Part shown: in pieces, positions 16,817 to 26,644 of the stretch
Position numbering within the stretch: position 1 is the stretch's first letter
Layout: every line of letters starts with the position of its first letter
DNA from: Bacteroidota bacterium
Lineage (GTDB): Bacteria > Bacteroidota > Bacteroidia > UKL13-3
Direction: 5' to 3'
NCBI GenBank assembly: GCA_947453415.1
Contig: CANGGG010000001.1
Span: 29,504-93,503, forward strand
Length of the DNA stretch: 64,000 nt
Position numbers and translations under genes: made by a program
Notes under the pieces: generated by a model
Database searches by the model: none
Told to the model about the DNA's origin: nothing
The model's input: only the letters and a program-made list of their open reading frames with translations

Positions 16817-19336
16817 TTAATTTTTAACAAATTTCTTAGCAATTAAATGCTTTTCGGAAACTATATTTATCATATAAATACCTGTTGGTAATTGGGTAAA
16901 ATCAAAAACAGTTTCTTTGCTTATTTTAGCAAAATATAAAGTTAAGTATAACTGGCCAGAAATACTGTAAACATTAATACTTGTGGGTTCATCTATTGCT
17001 GTATTTATACTTGTAAATCCTGATGTAGGATTTGGAAATAACACTAAATTATTGGGTGTAATTTCTGAAATATTTGTTCGGTCTACTTTTAAGCTTGAAG
17101 GAGTAACTGGTGAACGCCAAATTCCGCGACCATAAGTTGAAATGACTACATGGTTTTCTATGTTATTAATTTCAATATCGTTAATGGTGGTATTTGGTAA
17201 ATTATTACTGAACAATTTCCATTCAGTTAGGGAATCGTTTGTGTAATAAACTGCTTTATTCATGGCCAAATAAATGGTATTATTATAACTACTAGCTTGG
17301 TGAATAATACTGTTTTTGGCTCCCGTTGGGAGATTATAGGTAATGTTTTTCCAAGTAGTTCCACTGTCTAACGATTTATAAATAATATTATCGGTTACTA
17401 CATATATAATAGCAGGGTTATTTCTATTGAAGTCGAAATTCTTAATTGACGAAGTAATATTATTAAATTTAGTAATATTAAAAGCTGTTGTTCCGTCAGA
17501 CTGAAAAAGCCCGGCAGTAGTGCTTACTAAAACTTTTAAATCATTGGTAGGATGTACCCTAATTTGATTAATATTACTTACAAAATCATAAGAAGAAGCA
17601 ATAGAATAGGATCCTGAATTGTACATGTATAGTTTTTTGAAACCAGCATATAAAATTCCATTGTTACCAAATTCTAAGGGCGTAATCCAATTACCTTTTT
17701 CACCAGCAGGTGAGCTGGCAGTAAAAAATCCATCATTGGCAGTATTCGAAATATCTAATTGATACATAGAACCACCATATTGAATTAATCCATAATGTAT
17801 ATTTAAATTGGTTGGATCAATGGCTGCATCCATTCCATCGGCACCATGAAAATTAATCCATGCATTGTTAGCAAATGAAAAACCACCATTGTCTTGTAAT
17901 CCACCTACTGCTTGCACCTCGGATGACTGTGCCACATCAATTCTATAAAACTGACTAATGTTTAATCCGTTTATTGTTTTATCTGTAAAGTTAACACCTA
18001 AATCTGCTGAAACAAATATGCCACCATCGGAACAAACATAAAATTTTCCATTATAAAATTTTAAATCATGAATATCGGCATGGGTATAATTTTCTCCCTT
18101 TGGATTACTCCAACTATTTAACTTGTTAAAATTAGCACCACCATTTGTCGATTTCCAAAGATTCAAATATCCTGTAAAAACTACTTCTGGATTTACATCC
18201 GAAACTGTAATAGCTAAATCATAATCAGCTTGTGTTGCTCCATCATAAACATCGGAAGTAGTATTTTGAGTTGTAAAAGTTTCGCCACTATTTACTGATT
18301 TATAAACTCCTTTAAAACTGTTATCGTTATCTGAAACCAATACGTATAAGTATTCTGCATTTGCAGGTGTAACCGCAATCGCTGTTCTACCCGCATTGGT
18401 GTATGATTGAATAGCAATAAAAGTTTCACCACCATCTGTCGATTTTACAATATCTCTTGTAGTTCCAGATCCTGACACAGCATATAATACAGTTGTATCG
18501 TTTGGTTTAATTCTAATTTCTTTGCATAAAGTAGCATAATTTCTTGTCCAAGTTAAACCCGCATCGGTAGTTTTATAAACTCCACTACTACCCACTACCC
18601 AAAGTGAATTTGAGTTCAATGGATTGATTAATATTTCACCTAATTTAGAAGAAGCAGTATAAGGATATGAAGTTTGATTCCAAGTGTTTCCTCCATCAAT
18701 GGTTTTCCAAACACCTGTGGTAGCTGAATTTCCACCATCTTCATCACCTGTAGAAACATAAATAATGTTTGAATCATTGTAATCAATGGCAATTCCTGAA
18801 ACACCCGAAAAAGTAGCCGCTTCATTTAATAAAACCCAAGAATTTCCATTGTTATTACTTTTCCAAATACCACCATTGGGCGAACCAATATAAATGGTGT
18901 TTGGATTTTGAGGATCAACAGCAGAAATATTTATTCTACCTTGCCCTGAACTCCACGAACCTTTGTTCACATGGGTAAACGGACCCATTGGAATCCAATT
19001 ACTCATATCAATGCTATCTGCTTTTTTACTTAAATTAGGGTTCTTTTTTCTTGAATTTAAATATTCATTTGCTATTTGGTCGCCACTCATTAAAGTACCA
19101 TCAGCATTTAAATAATATTTCCAATGTTCTTTCCATCTTTGATATACTTTAAAGCCAGAACCTTTATTATATTTATTAGGTTGAGTTTCCCAAAAACTAT
19201 CTAATTGAGCAGTTATTTCAGCATAATTATTGGTAGTAAATTGCTGCCCAAGTATTTCAATAGGCTGAATTCTTTTTTGTGAATAAACTACGTGAAGGCA
19301 TAAACTTAAAAATATATATAAGAAGGTTTTTTTCAT
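16817..19336 (-). CDS. BNR/Asp-box repeat beta-propeller protein (sialidase/sortilin/GH74-like fold) with a T9SS C-terminal sorting domain
   Basis: Signal peptide MKKTFLYIFLSLCLHVVYSQ. At least seven S-x-D-x-G-x-T-W-like boxes (KSNNNGNSW, KTIDGGNTW, KTTDAGLTW, KSTDGGETF, KSVNSGETF, KSTNGGANF, KSLDSGTTW). C-terminal domain LVLFPNPTSG...GIYMINI...KFVKN. Confidence 0.8.
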   Translation of the reverse strand: MKKTFLYIFLSLCLHVVYSQKRIQPIEILGQQFTTNNYAEITAQLDSFWETQPNKYNKGSGFKVYQRWKEHWKYYLNADGTLMSGDQIANEYLNSRKKNPNLSKKADSIDMSNWIPMGPFTHVNKGSWSSGQGRINISAVDPQNPNTIYIGSPNGGIWKSNNNGNSWVLLNEAATFSGVSGIAIDYNDSNIIYVSTGDEDGGNSATTGVWKTIDGGNTWNQTSYPYTASSKLGEILINPLNSNSLWVVGSSGVYKTTDAGLTWTRNYATLCKEIRIKPNDTTVLYAVSGSGTTRDIVKSTDGGETFIAIQSYTNAGRTAIAVTPANAEYLYVLVSDNDNSFKGVYKSVNSGETFTTQNTTSDVYDGATQADYDLAITVSDVNPEVVFTGYLNLWKSTNGGANFNKLNSWSNPKGENYTHADIHDLKFYNGKFYVCSDGGIFVSADLGVNFTDKTINGLNISQFYRIDVAQSSEVQAVGGLQDNGGFSFANNAWINFHGADGMDAAIDPTNLNIHYGLIQYGGSMYQLDISNTANDGFFTASSPAGEKGNWITPLEFGNNGILYAGFKKLYMYNSGSYSIASSYDFVSNINQIRVHPTNDLKVLVSTTAGLFQSDGTTAFNITKFNNITSSIKNFDFNRNNPAIIYVVTDNIIYKSLDSGTTWKNITYNLPTGAKNSIIHQASSYNNTIYLAMNKAVYYTNDSLTEWKLFSNNLPNTTINDIEINNIENHVVISTYGRGIWRSPVTPSSLKVDRTNISEITPNNLVLFPNPTSGFTSINTAIDEPTSINVYSISGQLYLTLYFAKISKETVFDFTQLPTGIYMINIVSEKHLIAKKFVKN

Positions 19337-19447
19337 TTTATTAATTTTATTATTTAACTATAAAGTTAATTACTAATTACAAATAAAGAGCATTATAGTT
19401 TCAAAACAAATTCCACTAGGTATGTCAACAAAAAGAAGACAATGGTT

Positions 19448-22024
19448 CTATTTAAATTTTTTATCAGTTTGTAAACTTAATATATTAGCAAATAATCGGT
19501 ATGAACCAGCAACGCCTGCTGGCAATTCTCTGAAGAAAGCTAAGCCAGTATACACATAATTTCCTTTGCCATATTTGGCAATAATCAAGCTGCCTTTATT
19601 GGGTTTTTCACCCGGATCGTTCATGCTTAGTGGACATTCAAAACTGCTATCCATATCAGTTCCAAAATAAATTCCACGTTCTTGAATCCAACCATCAAAA
19701 TCGGCATTGGTGATTTTGTTTGGGAAGTTTAAAACTGGATGCTCTGGCAATAAAAACGTAACAGGCGCTTCTTCAATAGTAACTCTATCGCGACTTAGTT
19801 TAAAAGGCACTGGAGAAATTTGGTCCTTCAAAGGTCCAAAAAAGCTATTGGTATTGTATTGAACAATTAAGTTTCCACCATCTTTTACATAATCAAACAC
19901 ACGTTGTTTGTATTGTTGCAATTTTTCGTTGGTGTTAAATGCACGCACACCTAAAACAATGGCAGGAAATTCATTCAAGTTTCCATTTTGTAATTGTTCA
20001 TCCGTAATCATTACTACTTTATAACCCATTTGCTCCAAACTTGCAGGCACTGCATCGCCTGCACCTTGAATATATCCAACGGTGTTGAAAGTTTTCTTCA
20101 CATCTACTTTTACCAATTTAGCTTCAGCTTCTGGAAACCAAGTTTGAACAGGAATATGGTCGTACTTAATTTCTTTGATGCCTTTGGTGTAATTTTGTCC
20201 ATCTATTTCTGCTGTGAAGTTGATGGTTGTAGACCCTTCGCTTGAGCGCTTCTCGACTACGCTCGAAGTGACAGAAGGGGAATTGTTCGACCCTTCGACT
20301 CCGCTCAGGGTGACATTGGAAGTGACAGGAGCTCGGAACTGAAAAGTAAATATTTTTTCATCTCCTTTTTTTGCTAATTCAAAATTATATGAAATAGGCG
20401 AATAGTTAAAGGTGGTTAATGCTGCAAGTGCTACTTTAGGATTATTTTTATCTTCTGAAATTATTTTGTATTCATTTAATTTACTATCAGATTTTAAACT
20501 TAAAACACCTTTTACATAGTCTTTTCCAGCTTTAACAATTACTTGAATTTCTTTCGGTTTTTCATCGGTAAATACAAAACTTTTTTGAGTTAAGTTAAGC
20601 ATTATAGGTGGCGTAATTACCAATGGACGATATAACTCTCCTTTTTCTGGATCAACCCATTTGTATTGCAATTGGTCAAACATTTTAACTCCTTTGCTAT
20701 CTGGCATAAAATCGTAACCAGATAAAACATAAGGTTCAGATACATTGTTTCTTAATAAATTGTTTTTATCGTTTAACACAAACATATTGTTTTGTATCTT
20801 ATTTTCTGTCCAATATAAATGGGAAATTTTATTACTTAAAAAAATGGTAGTATCTCTATTAAACACGTTAAAAACATAGCCTTTTAACAAGCTGTTTTGT
20901 ATTCTAATAATTGTTCCATCAGCTATTTTTATTTTTTCATTAACACTATAATTTGGCTTATCAGCAATGGATTCTCTAAAAAAACCATTACAATTTAAAA
21001 TAATTTTACTTGATAAATCTGATTGATATGCGTTTTCTTTTTCATCTATTGAATTATAAACTTGTATCAATTGTTTTGAAATCAAGTCTGGTTGTAAAGC
21101 ATTATAAATCTTAATAATATTCGAAATCTGTTTCCCAATTTTCTCTCCACCTTTTACTCGTTTCCAAGTAAAATCTATTCCTTCAAAAATATCTTTTAAG
21201 CCAACTGTATCTCCTTTTAAAGGTTTGAAAAAATCTAAGCTTTCACCTCGTTGTTTGGCACTTCCAAAGCCTTGGCTTTTATGCATGCTGCGGCTTTCTG
21301 CTGCTATTTCGCCATAACTTTTGCCCAATAAAGGAATGTATCCGCCTACATCTACTTTTATATACGGACTCATGTCAGCATTTGGGTTTGCAAAACGAGT
21401 GCTAACATTCCAAAACATCCTGCGGGTTTTCCAAACCGAAACATATTTTAATTGATCTGAAAAACGAGTTGGATCGGCTGCTGCATCAAAAGCTTCTTCC
21501 GCCAATATTGCCGATGCAGTATGATGCCCATGTCCGCCACTTCCATCGGTAGCAAAACGGGTAATGATAATATCTGGTCTAAAATTACGGATTACCCAAA
21601 CCATATCGCTTAAAATAGAATCGTGGCTCCATTTGGTAAAAGTTTCTTCTGGATTTTTACTAAAACCAAAATCGTAAGCACGAGTAAAAAATTGCTCGCC
21701 ACCATCAATTCTGCGTGCTGCCAATAACTCTTGCGTGCGAATCATGCCTAACTCTATGCCTTGTTCAGAGCCAATTAAATTTTGTCCACCATCGCCACGT
21801 GTTAAACTTAAATAGCCAGTTCGTAAACATTTTTCGTTAGCCAGATAAGCTATCAAACGCGTGTTTTCATCATCGGGATGCGCTGCAATGTATAGCACTG
21901 AACCAACAGTATTTAACTTTTTAAGTTGTAACAATATTTCAGATGAGGTGTATGATTTGGGTGCTTGCGCAATTGCCAAAACAGTTACACAAATGAAAAG
22001 GATGAATAAGGATATTTTTTTCAT
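19448..22024 (-). CDS. Large PIG-L/LmbE-family deacetylase with C-terminal accessory domains
   Basis: The ORF track gives 19448..22048. The ATG at 22024 gives signal peptide MKKISLFILFICVTVLAIAQA. The LmbE motif is YIAAHPDDENTRLIAYL...SLTRGDGGQN. Confidence 0.8.
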   Translation of the reverse strand: MKKISLFILFICVTVLAIAQAPKSYTSSEILLQLKKLNTVGSVLYIAAHPDDENTRLIAYLANEKCLRTGYLSLTRGDGGQNLIGSEQGIELGMIRTQELLAARRIDGGEQFFTRAYDFGFSKNPEETFTKWSHDSILSDMVWVIRNFRPDIIITRFATDGSGGHGHHTASAILAEEAFDAAADPTRFSDQLKYVSVWKTRRMFWNVSTRFANPNADMSPYIKVDVGGYIPLLGKSYGEIAAESRSMHKSQGFGSAKQRGESLDFFKPLKGDTVGLKDIFEGIDFTWKRVKGGEKIGKQISNIIKIYNALQPDLISKQLIQVYNSIDEKENAYQSDLSSKIILNCNGFFRESIADKPNYSVNEKIKIADGTIIRIQNSLLKGYVFNVFNRDTTIFLSNKISHLYWTENKIQNNMFVLNDKNNLLRNNVSEPYVLSGYDFMPDSKGVKMFDQLQYKWVDPEKGELYRPLVITPPIMLNLTQKSFVFTDEKPKEIQVIVKAGKDYVKGVLSLKSDSKLNEYKIISEDKNNPKVALAALTTFNYSPISYNFELAKKGDEKIFTFQFRAPVTSNVTLSGVEGSNNSPSVTSSVVEKRSSEGSTTINFTAEIDGQNYTKGIKEIKYDHIPVQTWFPEAEAKLVKVDVKKTFNTVGYIQGAGDAVPASLEQMGYKVVMITDEQLQNGNLNEFPAIVLGVRAFNTNEKLQQYKQRVFDYVKDGGNLIVQYNTNSFFGPLKDQISPVPFKLSRDRVTIEEAPVTFLLPEHPVLNFPNKITNADFDGWIQERGIYFGTDMDSSFECPLSMNDPGEKPNKGSLIIAKYGKGNYVYTGLAFFRELPAGVAGSYRLFANILSLQTDKKFK
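20232..20330. repeat. REP family R1 doublet embedded in frame in the deacetylase CDS
   Basis: CCCTTCGCTTGAGCGCTTCTCGACTACGCTCGAAGTGACAG lies at 20234-20274 and CCCTTCGACTCCGCTCAGGGTGACA at 20291-20316. The segment is translated as ...NVTLSGVEGSNNSPSVTSSVVEKRSSEGS... Confidence 0.8.
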
Positions 22025-22040
22025 TGTAAGTTTATTTTTT

Positions 22041-22262
22041 AACCGCAAAGTTCACAAAGGTTTTTCGCGAAGATCGCTAAGTTTTAAGTATATTTCTTTG
22101 TGATCTTTGCGATTTTTTTTTATTTAACCGCAAAGTTCACAAAGGTTTTTCGCAAAGAGCGCTAAGTTTTATTTTTTACCGCAAAGTTCGCAAAGGTTTT
22201 TCGCAAAGTTTCTTTTTATAATTCTTTGCGCTCTTTGCGTTTTTTATTTGTGCATTTGCGTT
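22041..22262. repeat. Cluster of R2 repeat words (AACCGCAAAGTTCACAAAGGTTTTTCGCAAAG) in both orientations
   Basis: Three direct copies start near 22041, 22126 and 22178. Inverse-complement copies also occur (TTCTTTGTGATCTTTGCG, TTCTTTGCGCTCTTTGCG). AGAAGCC words follow at 22274-22299. Confidence 0.85.
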
Positions 22263-22298
22263 TAAAAAGCACGATAAGAAGCCGCAAGAAGCCAAAGG

Positions 22299-23765
22299 CT
22301 AATTTATCACACTATAACTTGTTCCATCTTTGCCATCTTTTATTTCAAAACCAATGTCTTTTAGTTTATTTCTGATTGCATCGCTGGTAGCAAAATCTTT
22401 GTTCAATTTTGCATGATTTCTTTGATCAATAATCATATTCATTAAACCATCAATTTTACTTGTATCTGTATTATTTTCTTCTTGTAATCCCAACACATCA
22501 AAAACTATTTCAGTCATCAATTTTTTCAAACTAGCTTTATCAGTTTCAGTAATCGTTTCCTTGCCATCGTTAATAGAATTAATCATTCTCACCGCTTCAA
22601 AAATACTTGCTATAGCAATGGGCGTATTGAAATCATCGTTTAAAGCATTATATATTTCTGTTTTTACAGCATCAATATTCACCGAACTATTTGTACTTAC
22701 TTTTAAACCATTCATTAATTTCATGGCATTCATTAACCTGGTAAAACCTTTTTCGGCAGCTTGTAATGCTTCGTTGCTAAAATCTAAGGTACTGCGGTAA
22801 TGTGCTTGTAACATAAAAAATCGCACAGTCATTGGGCTATAGCCTTTGTCTAATAGTTTATGATTTCCTGAAAATAACTCATTTGGTAAAAAAGAATTAC
22901 CTAAACTTTTGCTCATTTTTTGGCCATTAACTGTCAACATATTGGTATGAATCCAATAACGCGCAGGTTGCGTTTTGTGGCAAGCCAAATTCTGCGCAAT
23001 TTCATTGGTATGATGGGTAGGAACTAAATCCATTCCACCACCATGAATATCAAATTCATTTCCCAAATATTTACTACTCATGGCCGAACATTCTAGGTGC
23101 CATCCAGGAAAACCAACTCCCCATGGACTTGGCCATTTCATAATATGTTCCGATTTTGCTTTTATCCAAAGTGCAAAATCTAAGCGGCCACGTTTATCAC
23201 CTTGCCCATCTAAATCGCGGGTATTGTTTAATAAATCGTCTAAATTTCTGTTAGATAAAATGGTGTAATTATATTCTTTGGTAAACTTTTCTACATCAAA
23301 ATATATAGAACCATTTACCTCGTATGCGTATCCATTTTCAATGATCTGTTTGGTCATTTCAATTTGTTCAATAATGTGACCCGTAGCAGTAGGTTCAATG
23401 CTTGGCGGCAAGGTATTGAACATACGCATGGTTTCTCTAAAATCAATGGTGTAACGTTGTACAATTTCCATTGGTTCTAGCTGTTCTAATTTTGCTTTTT
23501 TAGCAATTTTGTCTTCACCTTCATCGGCATCACTTTCCAAATGGCCGGCATCGGTAATATTGCGCACGTATCGCACCTTATAACCCAAATGCAAAAAATA
23601 ACGAAATATTACATCGAACGAAATAAATGTACGTGCATTGCCCAAATGCGCATTGCTATATACTGTTGGCCCACAAACGTACATGCCTATATGGCCTTCG
23701 TGAATGGGTTTAAAATCTTCGGTAGTTCGAGATAAAGTATTGTATATTTTTAAAGTAGATTCCAT
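22299..23765 (-). CDS. cysS: Cysteine--tRNA ligase
   Basis: 488 aa. HIGH-type motif [18 protein letters not shown] motif KMSKSLGN, class I catalytic-core layout. Confidence 0.95.
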   Translation of the reverse strand: MESTLKIYNTLSRTTEDFKPIHEGHIGMYVCGPTVYSNAHLGNARTFISFDVIFRYFLHLGYKVRYVRNITDAGHLESDADEGEDKIAKKAKLEQLEPMEIVQRYTIDFRETMRMFNTLPPSIEPTATGHIIEQIEMTKQIIENGYAYEVNGSIYFDVEKFTKEYNYTILSNRNLDDLLNNTRDLDGQGDKRGRLDFALWIKAKSEHIMKWPSPWGVGFPGWHLECSAMSSKYLGNEFDIHGGGMDLVPTHHTNEIAQNLACHKTQPARYWIHTNMLTVNGQKMSKSLGNSFLPNELFSGNHKLLDKGYSPMTVRFFMLQAHYRSTLDFSNEALQAAEKGFTRLMNAMKLMNGLKVSTNSSVNIDAVKTEIYNALNDDFNTPIAIASIFEAVRMINSINDGKETITETDKASLKKLMTEIVFDVLGLQEENNTDTSKIDGLMNMIIDQRNHAKLNKDFATSDAIRNKLKDIGFEIKDGKDGTSYSVIN

Positions 23766-23801
23766 GATAAAAAATGAACTGCGAATATAGTTGAATAAAT
23801 T

Positions 23802-23846
23802 TTGAATTTTGAATGCTAGATTATGAATGATTTAATATTTATAAAA
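23802..23846. repeat. R4 word repeat, left copy flanking element A
   Basis: TTGAATTTTGAATGCTAGATTATGAATGATTTAATATTTATAAAA. It matches 24093-24137 with 3 mismatches in 45. Confidence 0.8.
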
Positions 23847-23887
23847 AGCAGCAGTTTTAACAGACTTTTAAAGTTAAGAATTTTTCA

Positions 23888-23918
23888 TTGGTATGTAAAA
23901 ATTTTTATTGTACATTTA
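23888..23918 (+). promoter_or_regulatory. Candidate Bacteroidetes sigma-A promoter (TTG-N20-TACATTTA) facing element A
   Basis: TTG at 23888-23890, a 20-nt spacer, and TACATTTA at 23911-23918 (consensus TAnnTTTG, last base mismatched). The motif ends 9 nt before the element start at 23927. Confidence 0.35.
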
Positions 23919-23926
23919 TAAGCAAG

Positions 23927-24088
23927 ACTATCCGTAGAGTTAGCGCAGCGCTCTAAGGATTCTAAATGAATTGTAGTGTCTCCGACACGGGCTTTACAAA
24001 CGAGTTTAAAACTCTCTATTCATTTTAAATCCGTAGTCCGATAGCTATCGGACCCTCTGCTATGGCTTGGCTTCAGACTCTGGATAGT
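23927..24088 (+). ncRNA. Hairpin-rich ~162-nt element A: candidate structured sRNA, or a MITE-like element with terminal inverted repeats
   Basis: Termini ACTATCC-GT-AGAG (23927-23939) and CTCT-GGATAGT (24078-24088) are complementary. Internal hairpins are TTAGCGC-AGC-GCTCTAA, GTGTC-TCC-GACAC, GAGTT..AACTC and TCCGATAGCTATCGGA. A diverged inverted copy lies at 55516-55667. Confidence 0.4.
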
Positions 24089-24092
24089 TGGG

Positions 24093-24137
24093 TTGAATTT
24101 TGAATGCTGGATTATGAATGATTTTATATTTATGAAA
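24093..24137. repeat. R4 word repeat, right copy flanking element A
   Basis: TTGAATTTTGAATGCTGGATTATGAATGATTTTATATTTATGAAA. Confidence 0.8.
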
Positions 24138-24301
24138 TTTTAAACTTGAAATGTATTTAAAAAGTAATAAAAAATCTAGCAGATTCAAACAACAAGATAC
24201 TTTTTAATATTTTAATCTTTTTGATTTTTTTAAATTTTTCAATTCAAAATAACATGACAGACATCATGCAACTAAACTGTTCAAATTAATACATTTGAAG
24301 T

Positions 24302-25384
24302 ATGAATAAAATATTCTTTTTTCTAATTATTTCTTCCTTTTTTATTGCTTGTAAAAGAAAGGTAGAAAAAGTAAAAGCTACACAACAAGACATTACTGAA
24401 TCGGTTTACGCTTCAGGAATTATAAAGGCAGAAAACCAATATCAAGTATTCTCAAATGTGAATGGTATTATTCAACAATATTTGGTAACAGAAGGCGATA
24501 TGATAAAAGTGGGAACACCAATAATTGCTATACAAAACGAAACATCTAAGTTAAATTCCGATAATGCAAAATTAGCGGCCAACTATAACGATTTTGATGC
24601 CAATCAAAGCAAATTAAATGAATTAAAAACGAGTATTGATTTTGCTAAAAACAAATTTTTAACCGACTCTTCTTTATTTGTTCGTCAACAAAATTTATGG
24701 AAACAACAAGTAGGTTCGCAAGTAGATTTAGAGTTAAAACAATTGAATTTCCAAAGCTCAAAATCAAATTTACAAGCTACTTTAATTCGATATTCTGATT
24801 TAAAAAGACAATTGAATTTTGCTTCGCAACAATCAAAAAAAAATTTAATGATTGCTGAAAAACAATTGGGCGATTTTGTGATAAAGAGTGAAATAGAAGG
24901 TAAAGTTTATAGCCGTTTAAAAGAAAAAGGAGAAATGGTAAACGTTCAAACTCCTTTGGCAATAGTGGGTTCGGCCAATCAATTTAAATTAGAACTTGAA
25001 ATAGATGAGTTTGATATCGTTAAAATTAAAAAAGGTCAATTGGTTTTAGTTTCGCTCGATAGTTACAAAGGTGAAGCTTATGAAGCAGTGGTTCAAAAAA
25101 TTAATCCAATTATGAATGAACGCACTAAAACATTTATGGTAGAAGCATTATTCACCAAACAACCCACTACACTTTTTCCAAATTTAACAGTAGAAGCAAA
25201 CATTGTAATAACTACTAAAAAAAACGCACTAACATTACCTAGAAATGTAGTAAGTGAGGATGGTTTTGTAACAAAAGAAAATGGCGAAAAAGTAGCGGTA
25301 AAAACTGGCCTAAAAGATTACAATAAAATAGAAATAATTAGTGGAATTTCTGCCAATGAAGAACTAATTGTTCCAATAAAATAA
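24302..25384 (+). CDS. Efflux transporter periplasmic adaptor subunit (HlyD/MacA family) lipoprotein
   Basis: Lipobox ...FFIAC. Coiled-coil middle region flanked by beta-barrel/lipoyl-like segments. Followed by FtsX-type permease and ABC ATPase genes. Confidence 0.8.
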   Translation: MNKIFFFLIISSFFIACKRKVEKVKATQQDITESVYASGIIKAENQYQVFSNVNGIIQQYLVTEGDMIKVGTPIIAIQNETSKLNSDNAKLAANYNDFDANQSKLNELKTSIDFAKNKFLTDSSLFVRQQNLWKQQVGSQVDLELKQLNFQSSKSNLQATLIRYSDLKRQLNFASQQSKKNLMIAEKQLGDFVIKSEIEGKVYSRLKEKGEMVNVQTPLAIVGSANQFKLELEIDEFDIVKIKKGQLVLVSLDSYKGEAYEAVVQKINPIMNERTKTFMVEALFTKQPTTLFPNLTVEANIVITTKKNALTLPRNVVSEDGFVTKENGEKVAVKTGLKDYNKIEIISGISANEELIVPIK

Positions 25385-26643
25385 TGAATATTAAACTAAT
25401 CATTAGCATTGCCAAATCGTTGTTGCTTGCACGTTGGAAACAAACGCTAGTAGCGGCTATAGGCGTAACTTTTAGTATTACTATGTTCATAACTTTACTT
25501 AGTTTTATGAGCGGTTTAAACGATTTATTGGATGGTTTAATTTTGAATAGAACAGCTCATATAAAAATTTTTAATGAGATAAAAGCAAACCCAAAACAAC
25601 CCATTAATTTATCAAAAAAATTCAAAGAAAATTATAACTTTATACAATCTATAAAACCTAATGGCGCCCGACAAGAAATTTATAATAATGGAGCTATTTT
25701 AAAAGCGTTAAAAGCGGATAATCGAGTTATGGGAATAGCACCTAAAATTACTGCTCAAGTGTTTTATAATGTTGGTACAATAGATATAACTGGAGTAATA
25801 AATGGAATAGATGTAGAAGCAGAAAATAGGTTGTTTTTCTTTAAAGATTATGTTACAACGGGTAATTATATTGACTTATTAAATGTGCCAAATAGTATTA
25901 TTTTAGGAAAAGGAGCCGCCACTAAAATGCTAGCAAACATAGGCGATGTAATACAAATTACCACTCCAAAAGGCGATAGAATTCAACTGAAAGTGGTTGG
26001 TTATTTCCAATCGGGATTACTAGAATTAGATAAAGTTCAAAGTTATGCTTCGTTAGCCACTACCCAAAAATTATTAGGCAAACCCAATAATTATATAACC
26101 GATATTCAAATTAAATTATTTGATATCACGCAAGCACCAAAAATAGGCAAAGAATATGCTAAAATTTTTGGTACAGATGCCGAAGATATTCAAACTGCAA
26201 ACTCACAATTTGAAACAGGAAGTTCCATTAGAACTTTAATTTCATATGCAGTTGGCATTACCCTATTAATAGTTGCAGGATTTGGCATTTATAATATTTT
26301 AAACATGATGATTTATGAAAAAATGGACTCCATTGCCATATTAAAAGCAACTGGTTTTTCAGGAAAAGATGTAAATGCCATCTTTATCATTATTGCATTA
26401 AGCATCGGTTTCTTTGGTGGTTTGGTTGGCTTGCTTTTTGGCTTTGGATTGTCATCCGTCATTGATCAAATTCCATTCAATACAGCTTCATTGCCAACAA
26501 TAAAAACTTACCCCATTAATTACAATCCAAAATTCTACCTAATTGGAACAATTTTTTCATTAGTTACTACTTATTTTGCAGGCATGTTTCCTGCTCGAAA
26601 AGCAAGTAAAATAGATCCTGTAGTAATTATAAGAGGAAAATAA
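25384..26643 (+). CDS. ABC transporter permease, FtsX/MacB/LolCE-like
   Basis: 419 aa. N-terminal TM, large periplasmic domain, C-terminal 3-TM FtsX-like domain. The start overlaps the adaptor gene's stop. Confidence 0.85.
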   Translation: MNIKLIISIAKSLLLARWKQTLVAAIGVTFSITMFITLLSFMSGLNDLLDGLILNRTAHIKIFNEIKANPKQPINLSKKFKENYNFIQSIKPNGARQEIYNNGAILKALKADNRVMGIAPKITAQVFYNVGTIDITGVINGIDVEAENRLFFFKDYVTTGNYIDLLNVPNSIILGKGAATKMLANIGDVIQITTPKGDRIQLKVVGYFQSGLLELDKVQSYASLATTQKLLGKPNNYITDIQIKLFDITQAPKIGKEYAKIFGTDAEDIQTANSQFETGSSIRTLISYAVGITLLIVAGFGIYNILNMMIYEKMDSIAILKATGFSGKDVNAIFIIIALSIGFFGGLVGLLFGFGLSSVIDQIPFNTASLPTIKTYPINYNPKFYLIGTIFSLVTTYFAGMFPARKASKIDPVVIIRGK

Positions 26644-26644
26644 T

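Noticed and set aside
23802-24137. The 45-bp direct repeats flanking element A read as a target-site duplication of a transposition event.
   Set aside because: The same R4 word also occurs at 8909-8949 and partially at 27328-27354, without the element. It is therefore a dispersed repeat family rather than a duplication made on insertion. 45 bp is also far longer than typical duplications.
24290-24297. TACATTTG box 4 nt upstream of the adaptor-protein ATG, read as a promoter for a leaderless mRNA.
   Set aside because: It matches TAnnTTTG, but its position would put the transcription start at or inside the start codon. Without TSS data this is as likely to be a chance match in AT-rich DNA.
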